Of a DNA stretch of 64,000 nt, positions 39,167 to 53,516 are shown piece after piece. This DNA comes from Octopus sinensis (lineage: Eukaryota): assembly GCF_006345805.1 (NCBI RefSeq), contig NC_042997.1:54994001-55058000 (forward strand), read 5' to 3'. The translations under genes were made by a program, and so were the position numbers. Numbering within the stretch: the first letter of the stretch is position 1; each line of letters begins with the position of its first letter. Below the pieces are notes generated by a model. The model saw only the letters and a list, made by a program, of their open reading frames with translations, had not been told where the DNA came from and did no database searches.

Positions 39167-40321
39167 GGTATATGTATACGTATATATATATATGTATGCG
39201 TAAATATATATATGTGTGTGTGTGTATACGTGTGTGCATAAATGTGTGTATGTATGTATGTTTGTATATAAACATGTATGTAAAGTGTATATTTATCTAT
39301 CTCACTATATTTACAGTGAGAGGAACACTTGGAGTATTATATGTTGTAACATCTATTAGTGCTGAAGTGATGAAAGACCTGATGAGTATAGGTGGCAGTT
39401 TCAGCACAGACCAAATAGTAATAGATTTAATCAGACGAAACCAATCCGATGGAACTAGAACTAATAAGATATTGCAGCTAAATCTTTTGGGAATAAACCT
39501 TCTGCTCATTGGAATGTTTTCGTTATTTCAAATTACAAATTGGGAAATTTGTATCCAATGAATACATTTGGCCATACTAAGAAATATTGTGGAGAGCTTC
39601 ATAGAACAGAGGTAAGCTGTTGCAATAGTTTGGGTTCCTAGTTGAAACAATTACAGTGTTACGAGTAAGTTGTGTAAATGGAAAATGCTGTCATTTACTC
39701 ATTATATTTCGTTTGCCTGTAACAAAAAGAGCAGACAATAATGCATAATGTGTTCCGTATAATTTGCAAGTCGACAAGCAATAGAAAAAACTTAGGCAGA
39801 TAAAGAATTACAACGGTCTGCGTGTCTGGGACGGAAATATTTGAAAATGGTTAGTTGCGAGGAGTGGGAATGAATAGTAAGGATGACCTGAGGAGGAAAG
39901 AGGAATGTATTTGGTTGGCTTTAACTACTTAACTCAAGGATATTTGTGTGCAGCTTCATCGACTTGTATGTGGGAAGAGATGTATAATGGAATAGATTAA
40001 TTAATCAGAATAAAGACACCTAATCGTATATTATCGCCAAACTGACTATAGATTAATTCTATATCAAAAAGATACTCTGATGAAATCGTGTAAGCAGTTA
40101 AGAGCCGAACTTTTATGCTTTAAAATATTTTTGACACATGCACACGCATACGTACACACACACACACAACACACACACACACACACACACACACACGCGC
40201 GCGCGCGCACACACACACACAAACACACACACTCGTATGTGTACATACATAGATACATGTATGCATAGACATATGTAAATTCTTTGGAAAACACGACTGT
40301 GTTTTAGGTATATATTTTTGA

Positions 40322-40540
40322 AGGTGGTGAGCTGGCAGAAACGTTAGCACGCCGGGCGAAATGTTTAGCCGTATTTCGTCTGCCGTCACGTTCTGAGTTA
40401 AATTCTTATTTAATCGACCCCGAAAGGATGAAAGGCAAAGTCGACCTCGGCGGAACTTGAACTCAGAACGTAAAGACAGACGAAATACCACTAAATATTT
40501 TGTCCGGCGTGCTAACGATTCTGCCGCCTCGCCGCCTTTG
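40322..40540. mobile_element. Inverted pair of SINE B 5' halves
   Basis: 40322-40405 is a plus-strand head; 40406-40540 is a minus-strand head plus core. Confidence 0.85.
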
Positions 40541-41329
40541 CTATCTATTATTCACAGAAAAAATCCAGTAAGACCAAAACATATTCACCATTTGCGCCAA
40601 TAAAATCAGAGTTTTCCATAAGTATAGCAATTAATGTAATATCAAAACCTTCCTTATAGTAATAATTAGTGTTGTAAACTGCTGAGAGCCAAAACGTACG
40701 CTCGAAGATCTTTTTATCTGTTTACCTGCGTGCTTACGCTCACACGCCCGCACGCATACACGCGAACACCTACTCATATATAGATATTAGACACACACAG
40801 GTTCAACATAAATCTTAGTTCGTGCAACCGTAAGGCATACTAGCATGAAAATGAAAAAAGAATTTATAATGATTTAGAAAATTTGAAGTTTCGACATTTC
40901 TATAAATGATAATAAATATGGAAAAGAGTTTAATAACCCAGAAAATATTATACGAAACAGAAATACGTATAATGCCTTTCTATATCAGGAAATAGTAACA
41001 TTTCTACTAACTGTAACGTGACCAATTTCATCGACAAAGTTTAAGAGAAACGAGCGAGGGGCGACAAGTTTTCGACTTAAAGGCACATGCAGCTGTTTAG
41101 TGGCCACCAGACCGAACGACACAAAAGCATGAAACGATTTCCAATACTGCATTTGCTTTCATCTTTCGTTCTATATCTAATTTTATCTCCATGATATATG
41201 AACTAATTCACCGCTTTCGTATATGGATTAGATAACTTGATAGCATTTATCTCCCGAGATTGTTGTTTTATCTCGATAGAAATCTAGAATTTGTATATCT
41301 GAGTTATTTGCAGCGAATATAGGACAAAG

Positions 41330-42460
41330 TTATCTATTCTTTTAGGTACTTTTCTGGAAATAGAATACAAGGTCTTTGGTAAGTGTCCGAAGCTTTTGCT
41401 TTGAATTGATTGGCATGCAATGGTCTGAATACGTGTTGCGATTTGTATAGGAGAATGTTTGGATTATTGCAATCAAGGATGAAACTATCTAAAAAGTTTG
41501 AGGATATGCATAGGAGTGTGATGGTATTGTGTAATGTCAGGTCACTCGAATGGGGGCGGAGTGGCTTTAAAACTATGAAGATTTTCCCATTTGGCATTTT
41601 TAGCAATCACAAGTACAAATTGATTCAATGTAGATTTCACAGGAGGCACAATTTATCGATGCATCTTACAGCAGACAAGTCATTCATTATCTTGCAGTGG
41701 AGTGTTTAATTCCTGCCACAGAAAAAAAAGTATTGGCTAAAATCCAGGAAACGATTATATACATGTGCCTAACTGCTGTATTTGTTTGCATAATTTGTCT
41801 TTGTCACAGTATGGTTACTTTGCTGTCCATACGTTTGTGATGACTTCTTATAATTGAGTGGACATTTAGTCATCAAGACTGGAACACGCAGTCACGTTGC
41901 TGTTGGCTAATCACAATTCACGATAACTTCGTGTGCGAAATTCGCTGACTGATATTCTTTGCAACACTTCATTAAGTGATTTTCAACCAATCACATGTTG
42001 CAGGGTCTTTTGGCACCAAGTCTAGAAATCGAATTTTTGAGCCTAGATTTGCCACTCTGAAAAGTCTAAATAGCGTAATTTATTATCCCAGCAAGTAGAG
42101 CCCACTTAATAGGCAAAAAAATCTTATCACTTTGTCCTTTTTATGTTTCAGCGTTTCTTGATGCTTATCAAACAGACTATGAAATGTATGATATACTTTG
42201 TATTTACGAATAGTTTTTCTTAAGTATTTGGGATCTACAAAAACAAAGTACATTTCAATAGCTTTAGCTATCATCCCGTCTTTTTTTACAACCATACGAT
42301 GCAAGAGTCGCCTTGATATTTGCCGCAGCTCAAGATGTATTTGATTTGTTGAATGCAGGAACTTTGTAAATTCCAAAGCATGTTTTGCATAAATGAAACG
42401 AAATCTATATAGCATGCCGCATGTTATTTGTATAAAAGCTATAACAATGCAATTCAATGC
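41330..42460 (-). pseudogene. Possible pogo/Tigger-like transposase remnant
   Basis: VKKDGMIAKAIEMYFV (psq-HTH-like), DWLK (AGxDW-like), LRPHSS (LPPHxSH-like) in the expected order; weak. Confidence 0.3.
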
Positions 42461-42883
42461 TGTTTAGTCTAATCTCTACAGATGACTGGAGACAATTCTG
42501 ATAAATTGCAAGAAAATTACAATTAAAAAGATAACATAAGTAGACACTTATATAGCGTTTGAAAACAAAATAATACATGATTGTGTTAGCTTGGATAGAT
42601 ATAATACAAAGAAAAAAATGTGGGCATTTCTTTGCTTTCATGCCTCTATAAACATACACATACAGAAACATCGACACGATAGTCTATAATCACAAATTCA
42701 AAGCGTCTGAGTCAAACTTCATAAAATAGATTTGTCTTCTTGCAATTTCTGTATATCCAGATTTAACATTAAGACTTTCGATTGTAGTAAATATTTTAGA
42801 GTCAGTTTTTTTCTTTGGTGTATACTGGTCACATCTGACTATGATTTCAGGCCAGATTGTCGTTATAGTATTATATATACATA

Positions 42884-42927
<44 letters not shown>

Positions 42928-43024
42928 CCCCCCCACACACATATAACATACAAAATGGGACAAGAACGCAAAACACCAGACAGTTAGGTCATACAAAAAG
43001 GGAAACAAAGCACATATATAAATA

Positions 43025-43187
43025 GGCGCAGGAGTGGCTGTGTGGCAAGTAGCTTGCTAACCAACCACATGGTTCCGGGTACAGTCCCACTGCGTGGCAT
43101 CTTGGGCAAGTGTCTTCTGCTATAGTCCTGGGCCGACCAATTCCTTGTGAGTGGATTTGGTAGACGGAAACTGAAAGAAGCCTGTCG

Positions 43188-43225
<38 letters not shown>

Positions 43226-43464
43226 ATGTGTGTGTGTGTGTGGGAGTTTGTGTGTCTGTATTTGTCCCCCTAGCATTGCTTGACAACCGATGCTGGTGTG
43301 CTTACGTCCCCGTCACTTAGCGGTTCGGCAAAAGAGACTGATAGAATAAGTACTGGGCTTACAAAGGATAAGTCCTGGGGTCGATTTGATCGACTAAAGG
43401 CGATGCTCCAGCATGGCCGCAGTCAAATGACTGAAACAAGTAAAAGAGTAAAAGAGTAAAAGAG
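43025..43464 (+). mobile_element. SINE C, best-preserved copy
   Basis: tRNA head (TGGCTGTGTGG box A, GGTACAGTCCC box B variant), CTTGGGCAAGTGTCTTCT core, tail GGCGATGCTCCAGCATGGCCGCAGTCAAATGACTGAAACAAG(TAAAAGAG)3. Confidence 0.92.
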
Positions 43465-43479
43465 TATATATATATATAT

Positions 43480-44520
43480 AGCAGAAAGAACACAACAAAC
43501 GGCAATAAGCAAAACACCACGAGGGACGATAGCACGATAAACAGGACAAAACAAGATACACGGATCGTCTTCAGCCATTTACCTCTTCAGTCGGTGTCCG
43601 GCATGTCTTAGTAGTTTCACCCAATTTATCTCCGATACTGCTCGAAACCGGCTGTGTCAAAGGTATTAAGCCTCTGGAAAAGGCAAACAAATGTGTACAA
43701 GAACGAAAACAGGAGCAGAAACAAAAACAAGGAAGCTAGAATTGTACACGTACGATAGAAAGCCTTTCGGCTATACAATAGAAGGTAAAAAAATTTCTTG
43801 GTACATATACAAAAACAAATAAGTAAATAACAGACAGGATCTTTCGACTATCGGACGAACGTAACGTTATGAAATAGAATTATACATATACAATGGACAA
43901 ACGCCTTTCGGCTGTACAGCAATAAGAAAATAATTATACAATTACAACAAAAATAAAACAAAAAAGGTCTTTTGACTATCAGACGGTTGACTGCGACTTC
44001 AAAGTTTAGGCCAGTTAAGCCATCGTCGGACAATAAACTTATACTCAACAAAAATATAGAGTAACCGCTCAGATGTAAAATTGTGTATATTATAATTAAA
44101 CATAAAAAACAAACGCACATCACACACACACATTTATACATATATATATAACACAACTCGTCCTGTCGAAAGACCCTTGTCCTACGTCCTGGTTTTGTTT
44201 TTTATCCTTACCTTTATTGTTTTTACGTTTTTGTATTCTTATTCGTGCTTTCCTTATTGTTTTCACGTATTTCTGTATTTTTATTCGTGTACATCGTTCG
44301 TTTTCCGTCCTTGTGTTGTATACATTCGAAGCTTTCTTCCAAGGGATCTAATGCGCTTGGCTTAGATTTCCCTTGGGGGCTGCCCAGGTCGGAGCAATCT
44401 CAAAATTAATCAGCCGAAATTGCGAAGATGATCCGGTTCTTGACTGATGACTGAGGGCTTCGAATGTCCCGTCCTGTGGTTCTTGTGTCGTCTTCTAGGT
44501 GTTTCACGTTCTTGTCCCAG
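43480..44520. repeat. Unclassified interspersed repeat segments in opposite orientations
   Basis: Minus strand of 43481-43720 shows patchy similarity to plus strand 44283-44500; internal duplication 43755-43865 / 43895-43990. Confidence 0.35.
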
Positions 44521-44542
44521 TTTGTATATATTTTTTACTTTT

Positions 44543-44640
<98 letters not shown>

Positions 44641-44956
44641 ATATATATATATATATATTATATATATATATACATGCATATATATATATGAGAAATATTA
44701 AGTGACAATTGAAAATGCACATTATTATTTTGCAGAGATATATATTTAAATAAAGCAAGTTTTATTTTTTAACGTAGGGGTTAAATGTTTCCATTATATA
44801 TCTATCTATCTCTCTCTCTATATATATGAAAGCAAAGATACAAATATATGTTTTCATATAACAGTTTTACGTAAAATATTAGTGTATGGTTTCACAAGTG
44901 AAATTTACACAAACAAGAAGAGACAGAATCACGTCTTAGTGCAAAGGTTTAGTATA

Positions 44957-44998
<42 letters not shown>

Positions 44999-45198
44999 GA
45001 ATAAAAAAAGTGTTACTGAAAAAAATGTTAGTGCACATTGTAACCACAAAAGCGTTTTGTATCAGGAAAATCATATTTTACTCACTGGTTTCGCTGTTGA
45101 TCAGCTTTTCCAAAGTTTGTTCTTCAATTCACTCCTAGTCTATGCATAGATACATACACACACACGCGTGCGCGCACACATACATATTAACACATATA

Positions 45199-45291
<93 letters not shown>

Positions 45292-45341
45292 GTATGTATA
45301 TATATGTATGCATGTATCTATCACTATCAAAAGAATTTGTA

Positions 45342-45380
<39 letters not shown>

Positions 45381-46043
45381 ATGTTCCTTATGTATTCCAA
45401 AACCAAATTGCCGTTTTTGACGTAGGGGGTATCAGAAGATTCAGTAAGCTTTTGGCTACCAACTAAACTATATTTTCATTCACTTACTTGCATTACAAAA
45501 ATTTAAGATTATCAATTTTCTTTCAGTCACCTATTGTAAACCACCACTACCACCACCACCACAACAACAACGACGATGACGTCACATTCTCTATATGTGT
45601 TCGCGCGTTTGGTACGTACGTGAGGACGATGAGTGAGAAGTATGTATGTATGTATGTATATAGAAAATGAGGGATTGAGTTAACCGGTGATCTAAACGAA
45701 TAGGTACGCTGGGTAAATGCTATACTTGGTCGACCATTAGGTTCCAAGATTACAGCTAAGGCTCGATCTAGGGATCCATGTTAGGGTTCTGTTATAACAT
45801 ATATATACATATATTATATTAGAGGAAAAATCAAAACCAAAGCAGAACGAGTATCTCAAGTCATTTAGAATAATTTAATTAGGGTAAGGTGAATTTGAAG
45901 TCTCACAGCTGTTTCTGGGATAACATAAATGGTTGGTTAGCATGTCCGTGCACTGAGTATTCTGTCATTAGAGAAATGGTATGAATATTTTAGACGGGGA
46001 AAATTTAGTGTTTACAAGGAATAAGATTCAGTTTATCAGGAAT

Positions 46044-46615
46044 AAAATAGAAGAATAAAGAATACAGGCAGGAGAATAATGTTCACAACTCATCTTTTTC
46101 CAGAGGATATGGATGACAGTCGGTACTGCCATGAAGGTACAGGTTTTAGTTAAAATCTCAGGTAAATCCAAGCAATATTTTGGCAGTGTTTTGAATGATG
46201 TATTCATATAGTAATTCTGTATATAGAGCGAGAAAGTATAATAGACATAAACGGGCTTTGTAAGTGGGTGGATGAGAAAGGGAGAGAGAAAGCGAGAGAG
46301 AGGAGAAAGAGAGAAAGAGATAGGAGAAAGGATTAGCACTTTCTCTCTTTATCCTCTCTCTCTCTCTCTTTCATACACCCACTTACAAAACCCATTTATG
46401 TCATTATACGTTCTCGCTCTATATACATATTTTCATTATGAACACATCACAACACTACTAAAATATTGCCTGGATTTACTTGGGATTTTACCTAAAAATC
46501 TGTACCTTCATGGAAGTACCGACCAACATCCATATCCTCTGGAAAAAGATAAGTTGTGAACATTATTCTCCTGCTCATATTCTTCTAACTACTTTTGTTA
46601 TATATTCTTCTATTT
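46044..46615. mobile_element. Fold-back MITE, about 270-bp imperfect arms around a GA/TC centre
   Basis: GCAGGAGAATAATGTTCACAACT (46068) pairs with AGTTGTGAACATTATTCTCCTGC (ending 46574); pairing continues inward to about 46320/46340. Confidence 0.85.
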
Positions 46616-47513
46616 CACTACTTTATTCATCTATTTTATATGAATAAGCATTGGTACTGAAATGTTTGACTGAAAAAAAGTACATTGGTGCCTAATAATA
46701 GTCATGAAGCAGCAATAAAAAAAGTAACATATAATACTTGAGAACACAAAGAAATATAGCGTGATTAGATAATCAGCTAATCCAACTGTAAGACTGAACG
46801 ATGGATTGTACGAAATGAATTCTTTAGTGAAATATTTTCTCTCTTCGTACATGAATGCGTTACACATACTATTTCGCAATACCTTTCTGTTTCTGGAAGG
46901 GATCGTCCACAGCATAAAATATGTTGTGCCCTCAACACCAGCCAAACACTTTCACCATTGGCTCTTAACTTTGATAAAGTCAGCAATAACACAAAACCTA
47001 AAATCGCATCTGGATCAATGCTCGTTAAACACTGAAACTATGTGAATGACTTTCGCAAATCGCTTACGTAATTTGTCTCAAAAGCATGACAAGTGGTATA
47101 TTTGGTCATCTAAAATCCTGTTCAAATGAAAATTAATCTTTGTGAACGCAAAACGCTGTCAACTGAGAAAGTCTACGCTTTCGCAATTAGCCGATCATTA
47201 TTTTTTTTCCTGCAAATCGTAAAGAGAGTGATGTCCATCATTTATCACTTCTGTTGGTGTCTGTTATTATCCAGACATTGCTTCTATGGAACAGAAATGT
47301 TACAATGCAAGTTTTCAAATGTACCATTCTAATTCTTTCACTGGCCGAACAATAACAAATAAAGTAAAGTTGTACGCTTTTACTCATGCTAATTGGCGTC
47401 TTTGTCTAAAAGCAATTCAGTCGTCTGCTATGACATATCCAAGATAACAAACGTGTGACAATAGGAAGTTGATCTCCTGAGATGGCATATATGACGAAAC
47501 ACACACACACACA

Positions 47514-47605
<92 letters not shown>

Positions 47606-48399
47606 GTATTAGCTTTATGGGCTCCAGAAATTAGCTAAAGGGATCCCCCTATCTCTTTTTCGATCTCTCCTCTTCTCTTCCACTTTCCATTTATATATCT
47701 CTCTTTCCCTCCCTTTTCTTTCTCTTTGTATCTTTCTGCCTTTCTAAATGTCCCCATGTGTGTTTGAGAGTGTGTATGAGAGTGTGTTTGAGAGTGTGTG
47801 CATGTGATGCGAACACGCGCATGACTATATGATGATGCTGATTGTGGCGATCCTGCTTGATTCTGATTCATGATGATTCATGAAAACGAACGGATAGATA
47901 ATTATTGTCCTTTCTTTCTACTCCCTCTTGCTTCACATATAATTCTTTGCGAGTGGCTCCTGTAACGCAATGTGTCGATTCATATGCAATCCAACCCTTC
48001 TCTTTGATCATGGTAGGTTACAAAATAAACTCAAGTGTCAATAGTAACTGTAATCCCAAGAAAAGGTATTTATACAAAATATCAATGTCATAATGACCTG
48101 TTTGATCTCGGGAGAAATATAGGAGCTTCACAACAGTTTTCCAAAGCGTTCTGTTCTGTGTGTTACATTTTACTTACATGTAGTTCCTATTATCTTCAGT
48201 TCCTCTTATGTCAATGTTCACCTTCGAACGCCCTGGTTTGCTTTCCTTCTCTGGCTTCAAATTCAAGTAAAACATCCCTCTGCTTTTCTTAAAATATAGG
48301 CTATCCATCTCCACTAGCATCTCGTTATTTGTTGGTCGAGGGGGGTCATGTTTCGCTTTGGCAGAGATGTTTCTGTTGTTCATCGTTTCTATAGATCTA

Positions 48400-49700
48400 A
48401 TGTTTAAGAGGTTTTCTGGGGTACCTATTTGTGAAGTTTGGACATTTCTGATGATATTTGCGTTTATTTATTATTACTAATGCAAAATCTGGTCCAACAG
48501 AGCAGATTGCTATGGAAATTTCTCAACTTAATGTGCCTGCATAGAGCTCTTGCTCTCTAAAATGTTGAAGGCTTGACTCGCTTTTTCAAGTCGTGGGGTT
48601 CATTTGAGGGCTTCCTTGAAACGCGAAGGGTTTTTCTTCGTCCAATATATGATTTTCCTCTATGATAGAGCTATGGTTATATCTGTGGATGTTCATATCT
48701 TTCTTTCAGATGTTAACTTTTGTCTTGTACGTCTTTCTCCGCATATCCTGAATATTTTGTGATATTAGGCAAATAATTCCTGCAACGTCCAGATCCTTTA
48801 GCTTCTGTTCTTGTGCTTGCTATTTTAGCCTGTGAAATTTGACACCCTCCCCTAGTCAGCTGACAGGGAGTAGATCATTAACAATAATAGACATCTCTGC
48901 TTCTCTTTAGTTTTTCTAACGTAGGAACAAGATCAGGAATTCTTGGAGAGAACAGCGAGTCACAAGTACATTATGTATCGGCCTCGAAAGAATGAAAGAT
49001 AGTTGACATTTCCAGCCACCTTTCATTCCAGGTTGGTTCAGAGATGCGTAGGTTACAAAATCAAAAGCAGACCCCCAAGTGCCTGTGTCGGAAATCCTGG
49101 TCTCGCTGATGGCTGTCACATTGATTGCTAGTGACCTGGGGTGGGGTGGGGCTGGACGTCATTGCGCAGGCGATCATACTTCCAGAGTGATCCCAAGTCA
49201 CGTGCATTTATGCAACTCTTAAAGTTGCCATGATGGTAAGCAGGAAGAAACTCTAATGGTTTTGTTGTAGGCAAACGATGTGTGAAGTTTCTTGGCGAAA
49301 TCCTGAAGTAACGTGTTCAAGGCCATGATGCTAGGGTTCTCAAAATAATATAGAAAGCTTTCATTTCCCCATTTCTATCTATTTGCAGCTTTACTAATTG
49401 CAGGTCCTTCAGTACTTTCACTGTGCTTTTATTGAAAGCACCCTCCCCTGTCTCTATGTCTAGATTTGGCTGATTTTTCTGTGTTCGTTGTTGCTTTGTT
49501 AGTTTTTGTTTTTGTTGTTTTTAGCGGAGGTGACTATAGTAATGGCGTGCTTTTAACTGTGGTTGATTTAGCGTTGTTTGGGGTTGATGTCGAGTTGGTG
49601 CTGTTTCGTGCTTTATTCATTTTCTTTATGATGTTCAGATTTTAAACGTTTTTTTGGCCCCACACATTAGTAACAGACATGGTCGGAAGACTCTGACTCT
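48400..49700 (-). mobile_element. Decayed L1/Tx1-type LINE fragment (ORF1 end and APE start)
   Basis: MATLRVA/INARDLGSLWK...VTAISETR (APE N-terminal motifs) at about 49230-49095; remainder heavily degenerate. Confidence 0.5.
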
Positions 49701-49959
49701 GACGTAAGCAAGGATATATTTCTAGTGATTACTTTGTTGCAGTCATCATTTTTCTTCATCTTAATTGTTACTACTGAAAAATGATATGTTCATATTGTTG
49801 GTGTTGCTGCTAGTGTTGTCTTTTCAGCTTCTGCTGCGATTGTATGAGTTGTTTTTGTTGCTGTAGTTGTGGCTGTTGTTGATGTTGAACAAGATTGTAG
49901 CTTCGTTTTTCCTTGCTGCTATAGTTGTTACTGCTTCTGTTGTACACTGTTATTGTGGC

Positions 49960-50160
49960 AGCAACTGGTAGATTCGTTAGCATCCCGGGTAGAGTTTAGC
50001 GGCATTTCATCCTACTTTACGTTCTGAATTCAAATTCAACCGAGGTCGGCTTTGCCATTCATCCTTTCGAGATCGATGAAATAAGTACCAGTTGCGTACG
50101 GAGGTCACTATAATTGACTAGCCCCTCCCACCAAATTTCAGGTCTTGTGCATTTAGTAGA
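49960..50160 (+). mobile_element. SINE B copy
   Basis: GAGGTCGGCTTTGCCATTCATCCTTTCGAGATCGATGAAATAAGTACCAG core. Confidence 0.8.
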
Positions 50161-50239
50161 AATATTGTTGCAGCAACTGGATCGCTAGTAGTGGAGCCCT
50201 CCTTTCTTCTTTCTTCTTTTGGATGTTTGAACAAAACGT

Positions 50240-50900
50240 TCGGAAAAATGGCAAGAAAATTTGTGGAGGTAGTGTTAGTCATACTATCGATCCTAGTACT
50301 TGACTGGTATTTGCTTTATCGACTATCACCACTCCCCGACTCACACGACTGGGAATGCTTCCCGTCTGTTACCAGGAACAGTAGACAAGCTGCTAAAATA
50401 AGTCCGACATGTGGGCATATAGTTCATAAAGCAGATCATCCAATCCTGGTGATTTACGCCCCATGCAGGGGCCCAGTACATCTTCCACTTCCTCCACTGA
50501 AATCAGCTTCTCGCAGCACTCGATATCCTTGTCCGATAGGCGCGGCATACCTTCGAGGTAAGCGTCAAAGCCCTCTGTGTTAAGAATACCACTCCTGGAA
50601 AAGAGGTCGGCGAAATGTTGCCGAACCATTGAGCTAATCTGTTTGGAATCGGAGTGCACATGACCACTGCGGCCCGTCACAGAGCGAATCTTAGATTTGT
50701 TTCCATGCTGTACCTCCGCTACACAGGCCCAACCAAAGGCTTTTGAGCTTTCGTGTTTCAAGGCACGCTCTCTAGCTCGGATAATACAATCTTCATATTT
50801 TACGTCGAAGAAATGGTCGAGTGCCATTCTCGCCGGTAGCGCGTCAGTTGCAATCCCACTTTTATGTGCCTCTTCTAAGTTACTAATTAGTTTATTTTCT
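50240..50900 (-). pseudogene. Tx1/L1-type LINE ORF2 fragment (APE-RT linker to start of RT)
   Basis: ORF 50393-50929: RQHFADLFS...LEGMPRLS...ISVEEV...KSPGLDDLLYELY, then GSIPSRVSRGVV. Confidence 0.85.
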
Positions 50901-50907
50901 GTTCTAC

Positions 50908-51580
50908 CCTTATTTTGAGGGTGCAGCATGTTTCGCCTTTGTATAACCTACCACAGCTGCATGGGATGGAGTACGCACAATAGAAGAGAATATGACCAAA
51001 AACTGCGTGTACTCCATCCCATGCAGCTGTGGTAGGTTATACAAAGGTGAAACATGCCGCCCCCTCAAAATAAGGATAGACGAACATCGCAAAGCTGTGA
51101 CAAGAGGAGATATTGATAAATCGGGTATAGCTGATCATGCATGGAAAAATGGAGACCATATCGCCGTGTGGGATGAAGTTAAAATAATAGACTGAGAACA
51201 CCACTGGAAAATACAAAAACTAAAAGAAGCAGCACATATGCTAGAACACAACAACCTCCTAAATGGACTGAGTGCAGATATGAATAGCATATGGGAACCG
51301 GTATTAAGGAAGGATAGAAAAATATTAGATTTATAAACCCTAAAATTCACTCCATAATTACCCACGGGCATATGGCGTAGTGGTTAAGAGCGCGGGCTAC
51401 TAACCTCAAGTGAATAATAATAATAAACATCGAAAAATACCTTAGGAATGTGAACCCAGGTTCGAAATTTCCCCAAGATGGGGAAGAAGGCTGGAGGGCA
51501 TATTAGCCAAAACGTTGTGTTAACAACAAACAAGATGAGGACAAATATCCATCGAATGTAAATAATAAACTTACACTATT
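50908..51580 (+). mobile_element. 5'-truncated Penelope-like element with inverted 5' segment, GIY-YIG domain and terminal repeat
   Basis: 71-bp inverted repeat 50908-50978 / 51005-51075; GIY-YIG ORF; tRNA-like head 51366-51410; decayed hammerhead about 51470-51520. Confidence 0.9.
50992..51336 (+). pseudogene. Penelope GIY-YIG endonuclease domain with one premature stop
   Basis: NCVYSIPCSCGRLYKGETCRPLKIRIDEHRK...KSGIADHAW...VKIID*EHHWKIQKLKEAAHM...MNSIWEPVL. Confidence 0.92.
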
Positions 51581-51589
51581 GCCTACAAA

Positions 51590-52049
51590 CTTTTGAGATT
51601 TAGGAGTTACGTCTGTATTTTCTACCCCACTTTTCGTTTTTGAGGGCCGCTTGGCTGATTTTGTCTCATCTGGGACTTCTTCTATATCCAAGAAGTTGGT
51701 AGGATTTTTTATGGCCTTATTGCCTTTCTGTTCCAGTGTTTGGCGTTGTGGTTGCCCCTGCTTTCCTCTTTGGGATTGCAATGGAATATTGGAACACTTC
51801 TCTCGACTTCTCCACAGTGGGGCAGAAAGCTTTTAAGTGGTCGGTTCTCCCACAGATGTAATACCTGGGTTTCCTACCCTCCACAACCACCCGCATCAGG
51901 GGTAGCATGAACTTCTTTCCAAAGCAACCAAAACCTGGAACTGTTTTGTTGGGGGCTTGATCGTAAGCTTATTACCTTCTCGTGCTCCTATGAGGAAGTA
52001 CGTCCCATGTATAAAGGGAGCATCACGTACTAGTCAGAGAAGCAGGTCA
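51590..52049 (-). pseudogene. Tx1-type ORF1 fragment with zinc knuckle
   Basis: RVVVEGRKPRYYICGRTDHLKAFCP (degenerate CCHC knuckle). Confidence 0.7.
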
Positions 52050-52583
<534 letters not shown>

Positions 52584-52589
52584 TTTTCT

Positions 52590-53505
<916 letters not shown>

Positions 53506-53516
53506 TAATAATAATA

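Noticed and set aside
39366-39440. GTGATGA...CTGA suggesting a C/D box snoRNA or hammerhead
   Set aside because: No terminal D box or stem at a suitable distance; no stem II pairing.
46777-46992. Cys/His cluster resembling a piggyBac C-terminal domain
   Set aside because: Spacing does not fit and no piggyBac DDD motifs or TTAA-flanked TIRs were found.
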